Origin: Octopus sinensis
Taxonomy: Eukaryota
DNA: 64,000 nucleotides
Direction: 5' to 3'
Assembly: GCF_006345805.1 (NCBI RefSeq)
Contig: NC_043003.1
Location: 32,178,001-32,242,000, forward strand
This document shows, in pieces, positions 14,401 to 27,729 of this stretch (position 1 is its first letter; every line of letters starts with the position of its first letter). The notes under the pieces were generated by a model. It was given only the letters and a program-made list of their open reading frames with translations, was not told the origin of the DNA and did not search any database. A program made the translations under genes and the position numbers.

Positions 14401-15977
14401 GAGAACTATGAGATAAGATTAATTTTCATTTCCTCTAGTATACTTGACTAACCCAGTTTTAACCTAGATGCATTGCAATATTACCCTTGCTGTCTTTTTG
14501 ACGACAATCTAGAAATATATGATGTAATGGGTTATTTCTTTTCCAGGGCAGAAGATAATTGTTTTGAAAGAATTTGGTAGGGTTTTCTAGCAAACAAGTA
14601 CAACTACTCTGATAATTTTAGTTAATACCATTGGTTATGTTTCATGTTGGCGAGGCTATACGAGTTGCAAATATCTGAACAAGTTGTTCTTTTAGTTTAA
14701 TATTTTCCTTTTGTTATCGCCAAAGGACACGTATGTAGGTGATGTTCGTCATGCTAGGGAGGTGGTCAGAAAAATACCTTGACTAGTGAATTCAATCCTG
14801 TCATTTTAAATCAGCTTGGGAATACCTGAATCAATATATGCTCCTTTTCTTTATGTCGGATGAGTGTCATTTGACTGCTACATTTAGCAGACTGAGTTAC
14901 CACGTAGTAGCTACTTAGATTACTTTGGCTCTATCGATGTTGTTCTTATTGTTGAGGAGTTATTTGTAATACAGCTGTTTTGTAAACAAATTTATACAAT
15001 AAACGAAGTAATTAAATACAAAGTCTTAGCATCTAGTTTAGTATGTATGGGAGAGAAAATGCTTACACGCGTGTGTAATTCCGTATGCGTTTGCAGTTTT
15101 GAGATTTTGTACGTGTATGCGTGTGTGAGTGTACGTGTGTGTGTGTGTGTGTGTGTGTAATTTTGCTAAGTGCAATATACTGTAGTATCGCAGTATAATG
15201 TAATGCTTGGAGCAGTTCCAACACATTCTTGTTTCAGTTGAATGCCAGATTGTGCCTCAAGATAATGACTTACTTCAATATTTTCTTAATTTTCTCAATG
15301 TTTTCTTATGAATTCACACATTTTCGTCTGTAAATGTGTAGAGGTAGGAATATTGCCAGCATATTTGTACTAAAATATATTTAGAAATAGTAGAATTCTA
15401 CTGTTGATAGCCATGGTGGTGTCGTTGTTGTTTACTTTTAAAATATATGCTATGGGTGTAATAAATTAAGATGACCGCCCAAATGCAATTGCGCTGGTCT
15501 TCTTGCTGTTGTTGAAGACTGCACCTTGTAATCATAGGATTATATAATAGTGCCAAGAAAAATACATCAATTATTTTATCAATTCACAAACTGGATAAAT
15601 CATACTAAACAAATTCATGGGACGTTGGTATTATCCTGGAGAGATTTTCCGGCTTGTGTACATATCTCTTGCGGCACAGTATTTTTAAAACTAATAAGAA
15701 TAAACACGACGCATTTAACATTTCTAAGTCTATATAAGTCAGAAGGATATCTATACCAGAAATTCATTTTAGGTCTACCGCGTCCATTCACACATGTGTA
15801 TGTGTGAGTTTGTGTGTAGCATGTCTATACGTATAAGTAGATGCACATGTAATGTATGTGTGTGTATATATATATGGGTGTGTGAGTGTGTGTGTGCGCG
15901 CGTATGTGTGTGTTTGTATTTATGTACATATATACATATATACGCACACAAAGATGCATTACATCTCTCTCTCTTTC

Positions 15978-16017
<40 letters not shown>

Positions 16018-16429
16018 CCACTAAATACAACTATATCTTTTATCCTTATTCCTATTTACCTATCGCACTATCTTTCTCCACTCATAGTTTTCTGCTAATT
16101 TCTTTCTCCTCCTTCTCCTTCTATAATTTTGTTTTGACGTTTAATTTTGCTTTGACGTTTGTCTATTTAAGTTTTTTTTTTTTAAATAACGTGCCATCGT
16201 TCCCTTCATCATATATGCAGTAATTACATTCGGTTAAAATGTCTTATTGATGTGTTTTGTTTCTTGTTTCTCTTTTTTCTCTTCCTTGCAAAAAGATTGA
16301 GTTGTTTTCGTTCTGGAATAATACCAAGGTTTTCTTGGAAACATATGTCGGAAGTATAAAGATTTGAATAACACCTGCATTTAACTCCATTTATTTACTT
16401 ATCTATATATGTATGTATATATATATAAA

Positions 16430-16665
16430 ATTTATATATATAAGGATAAGATCATTATTTAAATATCGATCTCATCAAGTGGCCAGCATGGGAATAAAAA
16501 CCGTCAATGGTAATAATTATTATTAAAATTATAAATTTGGCTATCGAAGAGATACTACCACGCTGGAATAGCAGCCCAAAAACTTGACTCTAAAACCACA
16601 TTAAATGATCATACAGAACCAGGAGAGAAGACAAATAGACAAAATAAACTAGCAAAAGATTACTG
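16430..16665 (+). repeat. Interspersed repeat family X, copy 1
   Basis: GTGGCCAGCATGGGAATA...GAATAGCAGC...CTTGACTCTAAAACCACATTAAATG also occurs reversed at 19800-20015 and 43110-43270. Confidence 0.8.
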
Positions 16666-16767
16666 GTATTCCAGATCACCGATTTCTGACTCTGCATAAG
16701 AAATGCTTCGCCTCATCAGTGGAATATACACAGATAGTACATAAATACAATGATATAAATATATATG

Positions 16768-16831
<64 letters not shown>

Positions 16832-16995
16832 ACATACGAATACTTATATATACGAATGTATACATACATATATATGCACGTATGCACACGGCTAGTTTAA
16901 ATTGCCCGCCTAAAACTCCCCGTGCGAGTTTATTTTGTCTTTTTGTCTTCTCTCCTGGTGCTGTATGAACATTTAATGTGGTTTTAGAGTCAAGT
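16582..16995. repeat. 73-bp inverted repeat (16582-16654 / 16923-16995) around a (TA)n spacer
   Basis: Arms match at 69 of 73 positions by manual alignment; the 268-bp spacer contains (TA)n. Confidence 0.9.
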
Positions 16996-17021
16996 GTTCT
17001 TCTATTCTTCTATTCTTTGTT

Positions 17022-17496
<475 letters not shown>

Positions 17497-18159
17497 ATAT
17501 ATACATGTGCGCACGTATGTATATGAACGTAATTTTAGATGAACTCTAATCGTCGCCAACCAAGTTAAAAGCAAACTATAATTTGACCTCCCTCATCGAA
17601 AATTTATTTCGTCGTTGTTTGGAAATATATAAAAGCAACGATTGAATGAGCATAAATACAAAAACCAAAAAAATAAACAAAAACCAAATACTCGATGCAA
17701 TTTATGTAAATTGAGAATATAGAAGGAGCCGATGACTAAACTAATCCTATAAACAGCTAACATCACCAAATGGTGATTCTAATGTTTTCCATTGATACGA
17801 CCTCCATCAAAGGAAAGCGAACATTTTATGGCACTTTTTGACGTGATATGAATTTTATTGGGCGTGAAACCAAGTATTATTCAAGTTTTATAATAATTGT
17901 TAGAGATAAATGATGATAAGTATAAGAATTACTCTTAAGAAAGTAGTTTTTTTTTTGTGTTATGACCGTTTGGCACAGGCCCAATTTAAAGTAAATAAAT
18001 AAACTTCTATGATATTAATTCCTAATCCAGTTATGTAACAAATAAATCATAATGACATAAAAGAGAAACTGAAACCGCTTCGTGAAATTCAATTCCCAGA
18101 AGGAGGCTGTACGTTTCATATCCATAAGGCCTCTTGAATGAATTTGGGTTACGGAAATA

Positions 18160-18465
18160 GTTAGTTAGTTAGTTAGTTAATTTGGCTCAAAAGCAAATAG
18201 CAAGGCCATGTAGGGGGACATGGAGTTAAGTACAGGGTGGTGTTCATGTAAAGAGTTCAGGCCACTTGAGGTCCAGGGAGGCTTTGAACAAAGCGGTCGT
18301 CGGCATCTTCACCATCTCGTCTGCCAGCTTGTTCCACGGATCCGCAACCCGGACGGAGAAAGCTCCTCTCCTTCGATTGAGATGAAATCGTCGCAGGTAG
18401 AGCTTTTCGGAATGACCCCGCAGCCGACGCTCTGGAGCAGGAGTGAACGAAGCACGACGTGCGTA
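18160..18465 (-). mobile_element. CR1-like LINE 3' end
   Basis: ORF 18244..18522 reads RLRGHSEKL...RRGAFSVRVADPWNKL...FKASLD, the CR1 ORF2 C-terminal motif, followed by a short UTR and a (TAAC)n tail. Confidence 0.85.
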
Positions 18466-18779
18466 TATATGTATGTACGTGCTTATGCACAGGTTCAATT
18501 GCACTTTGTTATTCTTAATCAATTCGTTGAGTATCTATCCAAATAACTATTCGAGCGTTTCTTTAACAATTGGTTAAACAGTCAATTAGTTCGCTTGTTC
18601 GCCAAATTCCTTTCGATGCTGTTTGTAACTTCTTCCGAGACACGTGATCTCCCAACTCTTTCGCAAAGGCAGTTTTCGTCTTGTTTGAGACTTAGTGCTA
18701 TGTATATGTATGAATGTTTGCATGTTTGTGAAGGGATGTGTAGTTCAGAAGGGAGTAAAGGAAGGTGAAAATAGGAGAA

Positions 18780-19025
18780 AGGCATGTGTGTGTGTGTATG
18801 TATATGTGTGTATGTGTGTGTTTATGTGTTTGTGTGTATGTGTATGTGTTTATGTATGTGTGTGTGTATGTGTGTGTATGTGTGTATGTATGTGTATGTG
18901 TGTATGTGTGTGTGTATGTGTATGTGTATGTGTGTATGTGTTTGTGTATGTGTGTGTATGTGTGTGTATGTGTATGTGTGTATATGTATGTGTGCATATG
19001 TGTGTATGTGTATGTGTATGTGTAC
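18780..19025. repeat. (TG)/(TATG) degenerate microsatellite
   Basis: Directly visible; source of the C/V/Y/M-rich ORFs. Confidence 0.95.
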
Positions 19026-19289
19026 TCAAATGTGATTATATGCGTGTTCGCGTTTCAGTAGTTGTATGTTCACTAACCATCTGTGACGCTTTCAGGGATC
19101 ACACTTTTGTCATCGTTTTAGCTTTGTCTTATGTTTCCTCTAGGTTTATGGTCTAGGTGTGTTTTGGGTGTCAGATGTAGTTCTCTACTGTTGAGAGGAG
19201 GTGAGAGAAAATGGTAGGTGTGTGTGAGAACATCTGTGTGTGCATGTGTATGTGTGTGTGCATCTGCACGCGTATGTATGTATGTCATT

Positions 19290-19388
19290 GTTCAGTTTTA
19301 TTTCAAGATTCCTTGCCAATAGAGAAAGAGCCGGTTTCTAACCTAGATTCAAGGCGCCTTCATTGGAATTTCAACATCAACAACAGGA
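19290..19388 (+). repeat. Short interspersed repeat; inverted copy at 38697-38795
   Basis: ATTTCAAGATT(C/T)CTTGCCAAT.GAGAAAGA..CGGTTTCTAA.CTAG.T.CAAGGC.CCTTCATTGGAATT is shared between the two sites. Confidence 0.75.
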
Positions 19389-19799
19389 TATTTTTGTTTG
19401 CATGCATATATATGTACAGATTTGTATGTTTTTTTTTATGTATTCTTATGATTATAGTTGCATATCTAGACAGGACAATATATGTAAAAATCTGATAAAC
19501 TTCTGGAAAGTTTTACAGATTTTTACAGTTCCAGTGATAGATTGTATCTGTAGTCATCGAATTAGCTTTCTCTTTACTGCTTTTGAGACGCCTCAAAGTT
19601 GGTATATAGATAGTGTGTTACATATCTCAGGACCCCAATAATTACAGGTATAAACTTTGCATGTGTATGTGTGGTGTGTGTGTGCGTCTGTATGTGCACG
19701 TGCATGCATATCTGTGCGTATGACGAGGCAAGGCATTCCCAAATGCAAATTCAGAAATCCGGGATCTACAATTATCCAGTAATTTTTTACTAGTTTCAT

Positions 19800-20015
19800 C
19801 TTGTCTCTTTGTTTTCTCTCCGTGTCGATATATAGGTATTTAAGGTGGTTTTAGAGTCAGATCATGGCTGCTATTTTCAGCATGGTGGTATCTTGTAGAT
19901 ACCATAATTTATAATTTTAATAATTATTACCTTTGATGGTTATTTTTCAATGCTGGCCATTTGATAAAATCGTCATATTATTTTTAAAATTAACGATCTT
20001 ATCCTTATTTATATA
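19800..20015 (-). repeat. Interspersed repeat family X, copy 2
   Basis: Reverse complement aligns to 16430-16650 (GTGGTTTTAGAGTCA, GGCTGCTATTTT, ATGCTGGCCA). Confidence 0.75.
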
Positions 20016-20018
20016 AAT

Positions 20019-20093
<75 letters not shown>

Positions 20094-20128
20094 CACACAC
20101 ACACACACACGCGCACACACACACACAC

Positions 20129-20190
<62 letters not shown>

Positions 20191-20193
<3 letters not shown>

Positions 20194-20490
20194 GATGCAA
20201 GCCCTAGTGAGTTAGGGTGTTGCACTCAGAGTTTCAAGATTGTGGTTTCGATTCCCAGTCGGGTTAGTGCAGTGTATAGTTGAGCAAAACACATTATTTC
20301 ATGTTACTCGCCAATCACTCCGACACCTGATGAGTGGTACACAGTGCACCTGGTCAGGCAACATCGAATTGATGGAGGGAGAGAGCCAATGTGCGGCACA
20401 TACATTTGATCATTATAAACAAATCAGTTATTCAATTCGTTTAGCAAATGCCAAGCGCTCATACGTCGTCTTGCACAGAAGAGTCCATGA
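20191..20490 (+). mobile_element. Degenerate tRNA-headed SINE with CORE-like segment
   Basis: A-box-like CCCTAGTGAGTTAGGG, B-box-like GGTTTCGATTCCC, then TTGAGCAAAACACATTATTTCATGTT, similar to the body of the SINE at 62304-62624. Confidence 0.55.
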
Positions 20491-20528
20491 CATATATATA
20501 TATTAAAACAGATTAGGAGATCGAAAAT

Positions 20529-20571
20529 CCACCTGACGAATGTCATTGAAGACATGAAACGATTGTAGTGG
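20529..20571 (+). ncRNA. Minimal type I hammerhead ribozyme motif (intact core)
   Basis: CCAC-CUGACGA-AUGUC(AUUGAA)GACAU-GAAA-C(GAUU)G-UA-GUGG: all core nucleotides present, 4-bp stem I, 5-bp stem II, GUA cleavage triplet (cut 3' of 20567). Confidence 0.8.
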
Positions 20572-20740
20572 CGGTTTATTTCTTTATATTAAAAATTTTT
20601 ATGTATTGATTAAGTCTTTCCTTGTTTGTTTTGCAAAATAGTGGTTTTGTCTCGAATTAATATTATATAATATTTTACTATAAAATTGGATTTAATCCTA
20701 AATCTGATTTTTTCCCTGTAAATTTGGATTTATTCCCTAA

Positions 20741-20745
<5 letters not shown>
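20572..20745 (+). repeat. AT-rich sequence downstream of the hammerhead; probable Penelope-like pseudo-LTR remnant
   Basis: Directly follows the ribozyme motif and ends in (ATT)n. The PLE origin is inferred from the hammerhead type only. Confidence 0.35.
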
Positions 20746-20788
<43 letters not shown>

Positions 20789-20815
20789 TATATATATATA
20801 TATAATAATAATAAT

Positions 20816-20860
<45 letters not shown>

Positions 20861-21239
20861 TATATGTATATATAATATGAGAGATTAAGTAAGATTTTTA
20901 ATGATCAGTTAGTTACAATTGCTTCTGTATCAAATATGCTTGCAACGCCAGCTCAAGTATTAAAGTTGCGTCCGTACATTGTGCGTCTGCTAGAAGAAGT
21001 ATAAAGTACGTAAAGAGGAAAATGTAAATGGACTGTGAAAAGATGCCGAAGTAGATAAAAGGAAAGTTAAGTGATGAGGACGCAAGAGAAAGGGAAGAGG
21101 AAGAGAAGAAACGAAGTAAAAGAAGTAGGAGGACAAAAGTATGGAGAACTAAAAGAAGATATAGAAGAGGTGGCAGAAGAATGGAAGTAAAAAGAGATTA
21201 GGAAAGAAACAGCAAAAACGAGTAGCTGGAAAGAATATG

Positions 21240-21435
21240 CTTCTTCTTCTCCTTCTTTTTATTCTTCTCTTTCGTCATCACCATCTCCTCCTCCTCCTCC
21301 TCCTTCTTCTTCTTCTTTCTCTTCTTCTTCATTGTCGTCGTCGTCATCATCATCATGTTCTTCTTCTTCTTTCTTCTCTTCGTCGTCGTCATCATCATCA
21401 TCATCATTATCATTTTCTTCTTTATCTTCTTCTTC
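21240..21435. repeat. (TTC)/(TCC)/(TCG)/(TCA) microsatellite
   Basis: Directly visible. Confidence 0.9.
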
Positions 21436-21953
21436 GTCTCTCGTTTCCGTGCCTCTCTATTACATCCTCATCTCCTTGCCATACTTTTATCTACATTGGC
21501 ATCTTTTCACAGTCTATTTACATTTCCCACATTATTTCCTTTATACTTCCTCCAGATATAAACAAAATACAAAGTCTAGCTGATGCAGAATGCCAGAGCC
21601 CAACTTTGATTCAAGTCTGAACAAGTGCCACTCAAATGTTCAAAACTACAAATATTACGTAAATGTTCACTTGGAACTTTTACGTTAATTGGCATAAAAA
21701 GCGGAGTTGGTACAGAAACAATTGTAACTGATCATTCTTTGTCAACTAATTTGGATTATATTTTACTCGTTGCTAAAGACACACGGTGCTTTTATTGTCG
21801 TGAAACCAGGATAATCCACACCTATATTAGTCTGGAATCCGACATTTTAAATAACCCAAACCTCAGGCTGAGTGGAACATTGGAAACACCGTGTATTTGT
21901 GCCCAGCTGTATCTTATATGCATATATGCATGTGTGTGTATATACATATATGC

Positions 21954-22025
<72 letters not shown>

Positions 22026-22052
22026 ATGTATGTATGTATATATATATATATA

Positions 22053-22102
<50 letters not shown>

Positions 22103-22204
22103 TATTATTTACTTGCTTATACAGGCAGCGATAGATAAATTGTCGCCATTTTATATTTTTAATTTCACGCATGCACATTATCTGTTTTTGATTATGCCGA
22201 TTAC

Positions 22205-22600
22205 ACAGGGTGCAGTACATAAATTGTCGTCTAAAATTATGCTCAAATGAAAATAACACTAACATCTCATTTTAACAGATATATTTACATTTGGCTTCAA
22301 CCACGGCCCCCAAACGATTTCGGAATCTCCTGCAACTCTTCTGGACAGTCTCCTTGCTTTAGTTTGTGAATGCTACCATAATTCTTACCTTCAGTTCATC
22401 TTTGTTCTTACTAGGATCTTTGTTGGTCTCTCGCTCAATTGCACCGCACACAAAATAATCAAGAGGGTTGCAGTCTGGGAAGTTTTATAGCCAGATTTTA
22501 GGGGTGATGTGATCGCAGTAGCTGTCTTATAGCCATGAATGGGTTCTTCTGCTTGTATAGCATGGTACAGACACCTGTGTAGTCATCAAGATCAAAAACA
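22205..22600 (-). mobile_element. Tc1/mariner (maT/DD37D-like) transposase 3' remnant with TIR
   Basis: Reverse translation gives NFPDCNPLDYFVCGAIERETNK...KDELKVRIMVAFTN...KSCRRFRNRLGAVVEA; the end reads ACACAGGGTG, a TIR-like terminus. Confidence 0.8.
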
Positions 22601-22665
22601 AACATTGCGCATGCGCAAAATTAAAAGTATAAAATGGCGACAATCTATCCATCGCACTATATATA

Positions 22666-22718
<53 letters not shown>

Positions 22719-22730
22719 CATCCATCCATT

Positions 22731-22761
<31 letters not shown>

Positions 22762-22959
22762 GAAACTAAATATTTGGCCCTTAGGTATATGGTTAATAAT
22801 TTGGCGATTAAAGCACTTTCACAGAATAGGGTACCTGATGTCATCCTCACTCATAATATAAGTGTCACTGGATCTACGTCAGGAAATCCGCAGTGTATGT
22901 TGAGTTTATAACGAACGAGAGCAAACGAAAATGGAGTTAGCAAGCAGCTTTACTCAACA

Positions 22960-23280
22960 GAATGATTGTTTCGACTAATCCTGCTCCAATTCCTTGCAGG
23001 TGAGATATTGTGCAGCTAGTTTTGTTGCACCTGCAAATGCAAAATTCATCACGTCGCGTGCGTCGTTTAAATAAGATACTTCCCTAAATATACTCGGTTT
23101 CGCTTGACGTTCTGTGGTCGCCAGTACGTTGTTGGCAAGCGAAAGTGAGTATATTTAGTGAAGTATCTTATTTAAAACGAGACACCTGACGTGATGCATT
23201 TTGCACTGGTGGGTACAACAAAACTAGCTGTATAATATCCTACCTGCAAGGGACAGGTGCGGGATTGGTCGAAACAATGG
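22960..23280. mobile_element. Fold-back element (about 140-bp arms, about 25-bp spacer)
   Basis: ATTGTTTCGAC...CTTGCAGGT...CAGCTAGTTTTGTTG...TTTAAATAAGATACTTC.CTAAATATACTC...TTTCGCTTG is present in both orientations at roughly 80% identity. Confidence 0.85.
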
Positions 23281-23329
23281 TTGTGTAGAATAAATATTTT
23301 TTCTAACCCCTTGTTCAGTTTCCCTCATT

Positions 23330-23560
23330 CACAATATATATATACACATATATATATAGTTAATCCAAACATGAAAACAAAAAGCGAAAACACAACAACG
23401 CAAGGATGTGGAACAAGTATAGTATTATTGGACGCTCAGGAAAGAAGGAGGATATAACGTTTCGAGCGGAGCTCTTCGACAGAAACATAGGAAAAGGAAA
23501 GATCCAAGGAAGGGAAAAAATCGCCAACGGTACACACGCGGTCACATTATGAGTGTATAT
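23330..23560 (-). repeat. Interspersed repeat family P, with degenerate hammerhead-like core at 23452-23486
   Basis: Homologous to 59570-59760 and 50885-50950. Reverse strand reads CUGUCGA-A-GAGC(UCC)GCUC-GAAAC-GUU. Confidence 0.6.
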
Positions 23561-23589
23561 ATATGTGTATATCTATGTATGGCTTTGCG

Positions 23590-23790
23590 CTTCTCTTTGT
23601 CGTCCACCACCACCACCACCACCACCACCTCATAACTGACAACTGGTTTTGGTTTGTTTACGTCTCCGTAATAATAGTGGTTCTGCGAAAGCGACCGACT
23701 TATTAAGTAGTGTTGATTCGTTCGACTTAAACCCTTCAAGGTGGTGCACATGGATGGACACAGTCCAATGCCTGAAACAATGTTTCTACA
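23590..23790 (+). mobile_element. SINE family B 3' half
   Basis: TGACAACTGGTTTTGGTTTGTTTACGTCTCCGTAA ... CCCTTCAAGGTGGTGCACATGG matches the family B tail. Confidence 0.65.
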
Positions 23791-24879
23791 ATAAAATATT
23801 CAAATAAGAATCTATCAGTTTTATCCTTTAAGATAATAATATAATTAACTTTCTCATCAACTTGCTAGTTGAATCAGCCATAGAACATTTCTGCGCAAGA
23901 TATGTTGTGTTAAAGTAAATTGCATCTTTACGTTTATGTTTTCTACATTAGATACGTATAAATTATTAACCTAGAAGTGGGTTAGCTCTAGGAGGAATTA
24001 AGGAAGTAAAATGAGGCTGAATTTAGTAACAGCCAAAATAGGTGTGGCTTTCAGGATGTCTTCGAAAATATCAATAAGCATTTCAACAGCGATATCTGCA
24101 TATTCTGTAAAAATAAAGGCAGGTAGTCTCAAAGCAGGCATTCCATAGGTTCGAATCAAAACATATCGATGAATTTGGTTGATGCTATGGCACGTTAGAT
24201 TTTATATTGAGTATCTTAGCATCTCCAGAGCACAAAGTGAATAAGATTCTCGTATAGATACAATCATACATCGCATATGATAAATGTATATGTTCATACT
24301 ATATATTGAGTACATTTGTAAGTTAAAGAAATCTTATCCATTGAGGATGGCGGATCCTATTTCCAAATTATATTGCTGCGAGTTCCCTTCAATGTGGTGT
24401 AGATTAAATTGTTTGGAAAATTCTTTGAAGATTTGATCATATCAGTGAAAGCTAATTGTGTTTCTTTTCCACACGTAAGCGAAAATCCTTTCGTATGCGT
24501 CTGAATATATAGGTAGTTTCATGGTTCGCTTGCTTTTCGGTTTGGCTAGATCAAATACGAATACATCCCTGACAACAACAACAACAACAACAACAATAAT
24601 CTCCTGCCACCAGCACCGCTATAAACGCCTCTACTACAACATAATAACAAGAACGCTAACAAAAAACAGCAACAACTACAACAAAAATAACGACAGCATA
24701 AACACTTGTTGTTAGGAAATGAAACAGAAAAATGAACACAAAGCAAAATACACAACTACAAAATTTCCATCAGATAAAAGTAGTAAGCTGTTGTTCCGAA
24801 ATTTTCTATGAAGTATATCACCATGAATGGCCGAAATTTCCGTAGAACTGGTGTTGCCATTAGCAACTGGTAGGTGAAT

Positions 24880-25948
24880 GAGAAAATGATGATGATGAAA
24901 AAAACGCTAGCAATGATTATTATGATGGTCCTTTTTACAGTACTGTCTGTTTTTTTTTTGTTCCTGTTGATGTTGAGGATGAGGAGGAGAAAGAGGGAAG
25001 AGAGGATGATGATATTGATGTTGAGGATTATGATCAGAAATGTGATTACGATGATGATGAGAGAGGTGATTACGATGATGAGAAAGGTTATCACGACGAT
25101 GATAATGATGATGATGAGGAGGATGGTTTTGGTGTTGGTGGTTTTAATGTTGTGGTTAAAGTAGTGTTGGTGGTGTCAGTGTGGTGGGGGTGACGGTGAT
25201 GGTGGTGATGTTGATGGTGACGGCAGCGACGACGACGACAACGATGGTGATGGTGTTGATGATGACGGCGATGGTGACGATGGTGATGATGATGATGACA
25301 ATGATGATGATGATGATGATGATTATGATGATCATGACGATCATTATGATAGTGATGATGGCGATGATGATGATAATGATGATGGATTAAGATAATGATG
25401 AAGTGGCGGAAAAGAAGTGAAATGGAAAGGTTTTGAATGAAGAGGAAAAAGAAGAAGCACCCAAATAAATCGATATTTATTCGTGTTTCACATTCAGTAC
25501 GAGACATTATATAAACAATACCTCAAATATATAAAAAAAATCAAATATACGGGTTGCTATTTTTGGGAATGATGAATTAAGTCTATAAATCCAAAGACAG
25601 TTGATGCTATCTGGAAATAGATGGTCACCTTACAGGCATTTAAATCACAGGAAAATAATATTCATAATTTTCTTTTATTTTCTTTTTAAAAGCGATCGTA
25701 CTTTGAATATTGACTTTTCAATCATAGAATTAGAAATAAACATGAAAGTCGGAAAACGAAAAGCAAAATAATCATAACAACAATAATCATGAAAATAAAA
25801 AGGGTAATAATAGTAATGTCCATGATGATGATGTCGAGGAGGGGGAGGAAAAGAGGAGGTAGAGTAGGAGGAGGACGACGACGAAGAGGACGAGGATGAC
25901 AACGACGACGACAACAACAACAACAACAGCAACAACAACAACGACGAC

Positions 25949-25980
<32 letters not shown>

Positions 25981-25996
25981 TAATAATAAAAATAAC

Positions 25997-26057
<61 letters not shown>

Positions 26058-26215
26058 TAATAATATTAAAGGTAATGATATTGATAAAAGGAAGAGCAAC
26101 AGTTATGATGATGATGACAATGAGGAACATGATGAAAATGATGATGAAAGTGATGATGGTCAGTGGGAGGAAGTGGTTTAAGTGCAACAACTACAACAAG
26201 AACAACAAGGGCAGG
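24880..26215. repeat. Two large compound trinucleotide arrays (GAT/GAG/GGT; GAC/AAC/AAT)
   Basis: Directly visible at 24880-25400 and 25770-26215. Confidence 0.9.
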
Positions 26216-26834
26216 GGCAAACAAGTTGGTTTATCAGCACATCTGCTTCTCTGGAAAACTGATAACAGCTATCTCCAAGCTAATCAATATCGCATCTATA
26301 TAATAACCAATAACTGCGTTATCGAAAGCGATCGATATATCACCTATACAATAAGATGTCAAGATATACCATATGCGGTGTTAGTGATGTTTATCTTGTC
26401 ATTTTTTTCTTTGCGTGTGAGTGTGTGGTTTTTTTTTTCTCAGTTTACTAATTTAATTAACCTCAGAAATTATAATTACTTTGAGTTGTGCATAAAGACC
26501 TGTGTAATATCCAGTGTCTTGTATGATATGATTGCTATTAATCTTGTTAATAGTAACTTTATGAAGAATTAATGAAAAAATGTAAAGAACCCCTGACAAA
26601 AATGACATGCAGTAATAGATATCCAGTTAAGTTGCGAGTTCAAATCAATGTTACAGACTTTGCCATTTTCTTTTTATCGGGCCTACTAGTATAAACAGTA
26701 AGATTCATTCAAGCAAGTTTACATCCAATACTACATTCAGTTAACTATGCTTCTTACAGACATTTCTGTCTCGAATTCACATGTTGTTTGTAACGATTTT
26801 GCTTTATATTCTTTCTGGGGGCAAACAATTATAA

Positions 26835-27042
26835 ATATTGATTGCCACATTTGGCAGAAGGCCAGCAATTTCAAGGGAAGAGGTGAGTTGATTTCATCGA
26901 CTCCAATGCTTATCTGGTACTTATTTTATTGACATCGACTCGATGGAAGAAAAAGTCGACCTCAGAGTAACTTGTACTCGGAACATAAAGATGGACAAAT
27001 GCTGTTCAGCATTTTGTCAGGTGTGTTAGCGATTCGCCGCCT
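26835..27042 (-). mobile_element. SINE family A (degenerate)
   Basis: CTGGTACTTATTTTATTGAC...AAAGTCGACCTCAG...GTTAGCGATTCGCCGCC. Confidence 0.7.
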
Positions 27043-27364
27043 TGTCGAAAATTATAAATATTACAATTACTTTAATCGAATCGTATTGATTTTCCTACAT
27101 ATAAAAGTAATATGTTTTCATCAATTCTAACCATAATGTCACCCCTGTTTTGTTTTGGGGTACATAAATGGGGTTAAATGAATGAAAATATCCAGTGTAC
27201 AAATTATGTAATTGAACCTATATTGGCTCTAATTATATTCTATAGCTCAGTCATAAACATATGGTTTCAATAAATTACTGGATTTTATAGGACAGGTCAA
27301 AACACGCTGATTGTAGAGCAGTGATTGTGAGGGCCATTGTCTTTTCATGTGTTTGTTTAACTTG

Positions 27365-27628
27365 TTAACTAAAGCACATCAACAAAGTGAAAACTATAAA
27401 AGTTTAACTATAGCACATCAACAAAGTGCAAACTATAAAAGTTTAACTAAAGCGCATCAACAAAGTGCAAACTATAAAAGTTTAACTATAGCACATCAAC
27501 AAAGTGCAAACTATAAAAGTTTAACTAAAGCACATCAACAAAGTGCAAACTATAAAATTTTAACTAAAGCACATCAACAAAGTGCAAACTATAAAAGTTT
27601 AACTATTGCACATCAACAAAGTGCAAAA
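27365..27628 (+). repeat. 39-bp minisatellite, about 6.8 copies
   Basis: Unit TTAACTA(A/T)AGCACATCAACAAAGTGCAAACTATAAAAGT. Confidence 0.95.
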
Positions 27629-27687
27629 AATTTGTAGCACTCAGAAAGTAGTCCAATGAAATATTGGATATGTATATCCAATATGCT

Positions 27688-27719
<32 letters not shown>

Positions 27720-27729
27720 CTATGTCAGG

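Noticed and set aside
21040-21435. Purine tract followed by pyrimidine tract as a fold-back
   Set aside because: Only compositional complementarity between low-complexity tracts; no alignable arms.
27365-27628. CRISPR-like regular array
   Set aside because: Units are head-to-tail with no unique spacers, and the context is eukaryotic.
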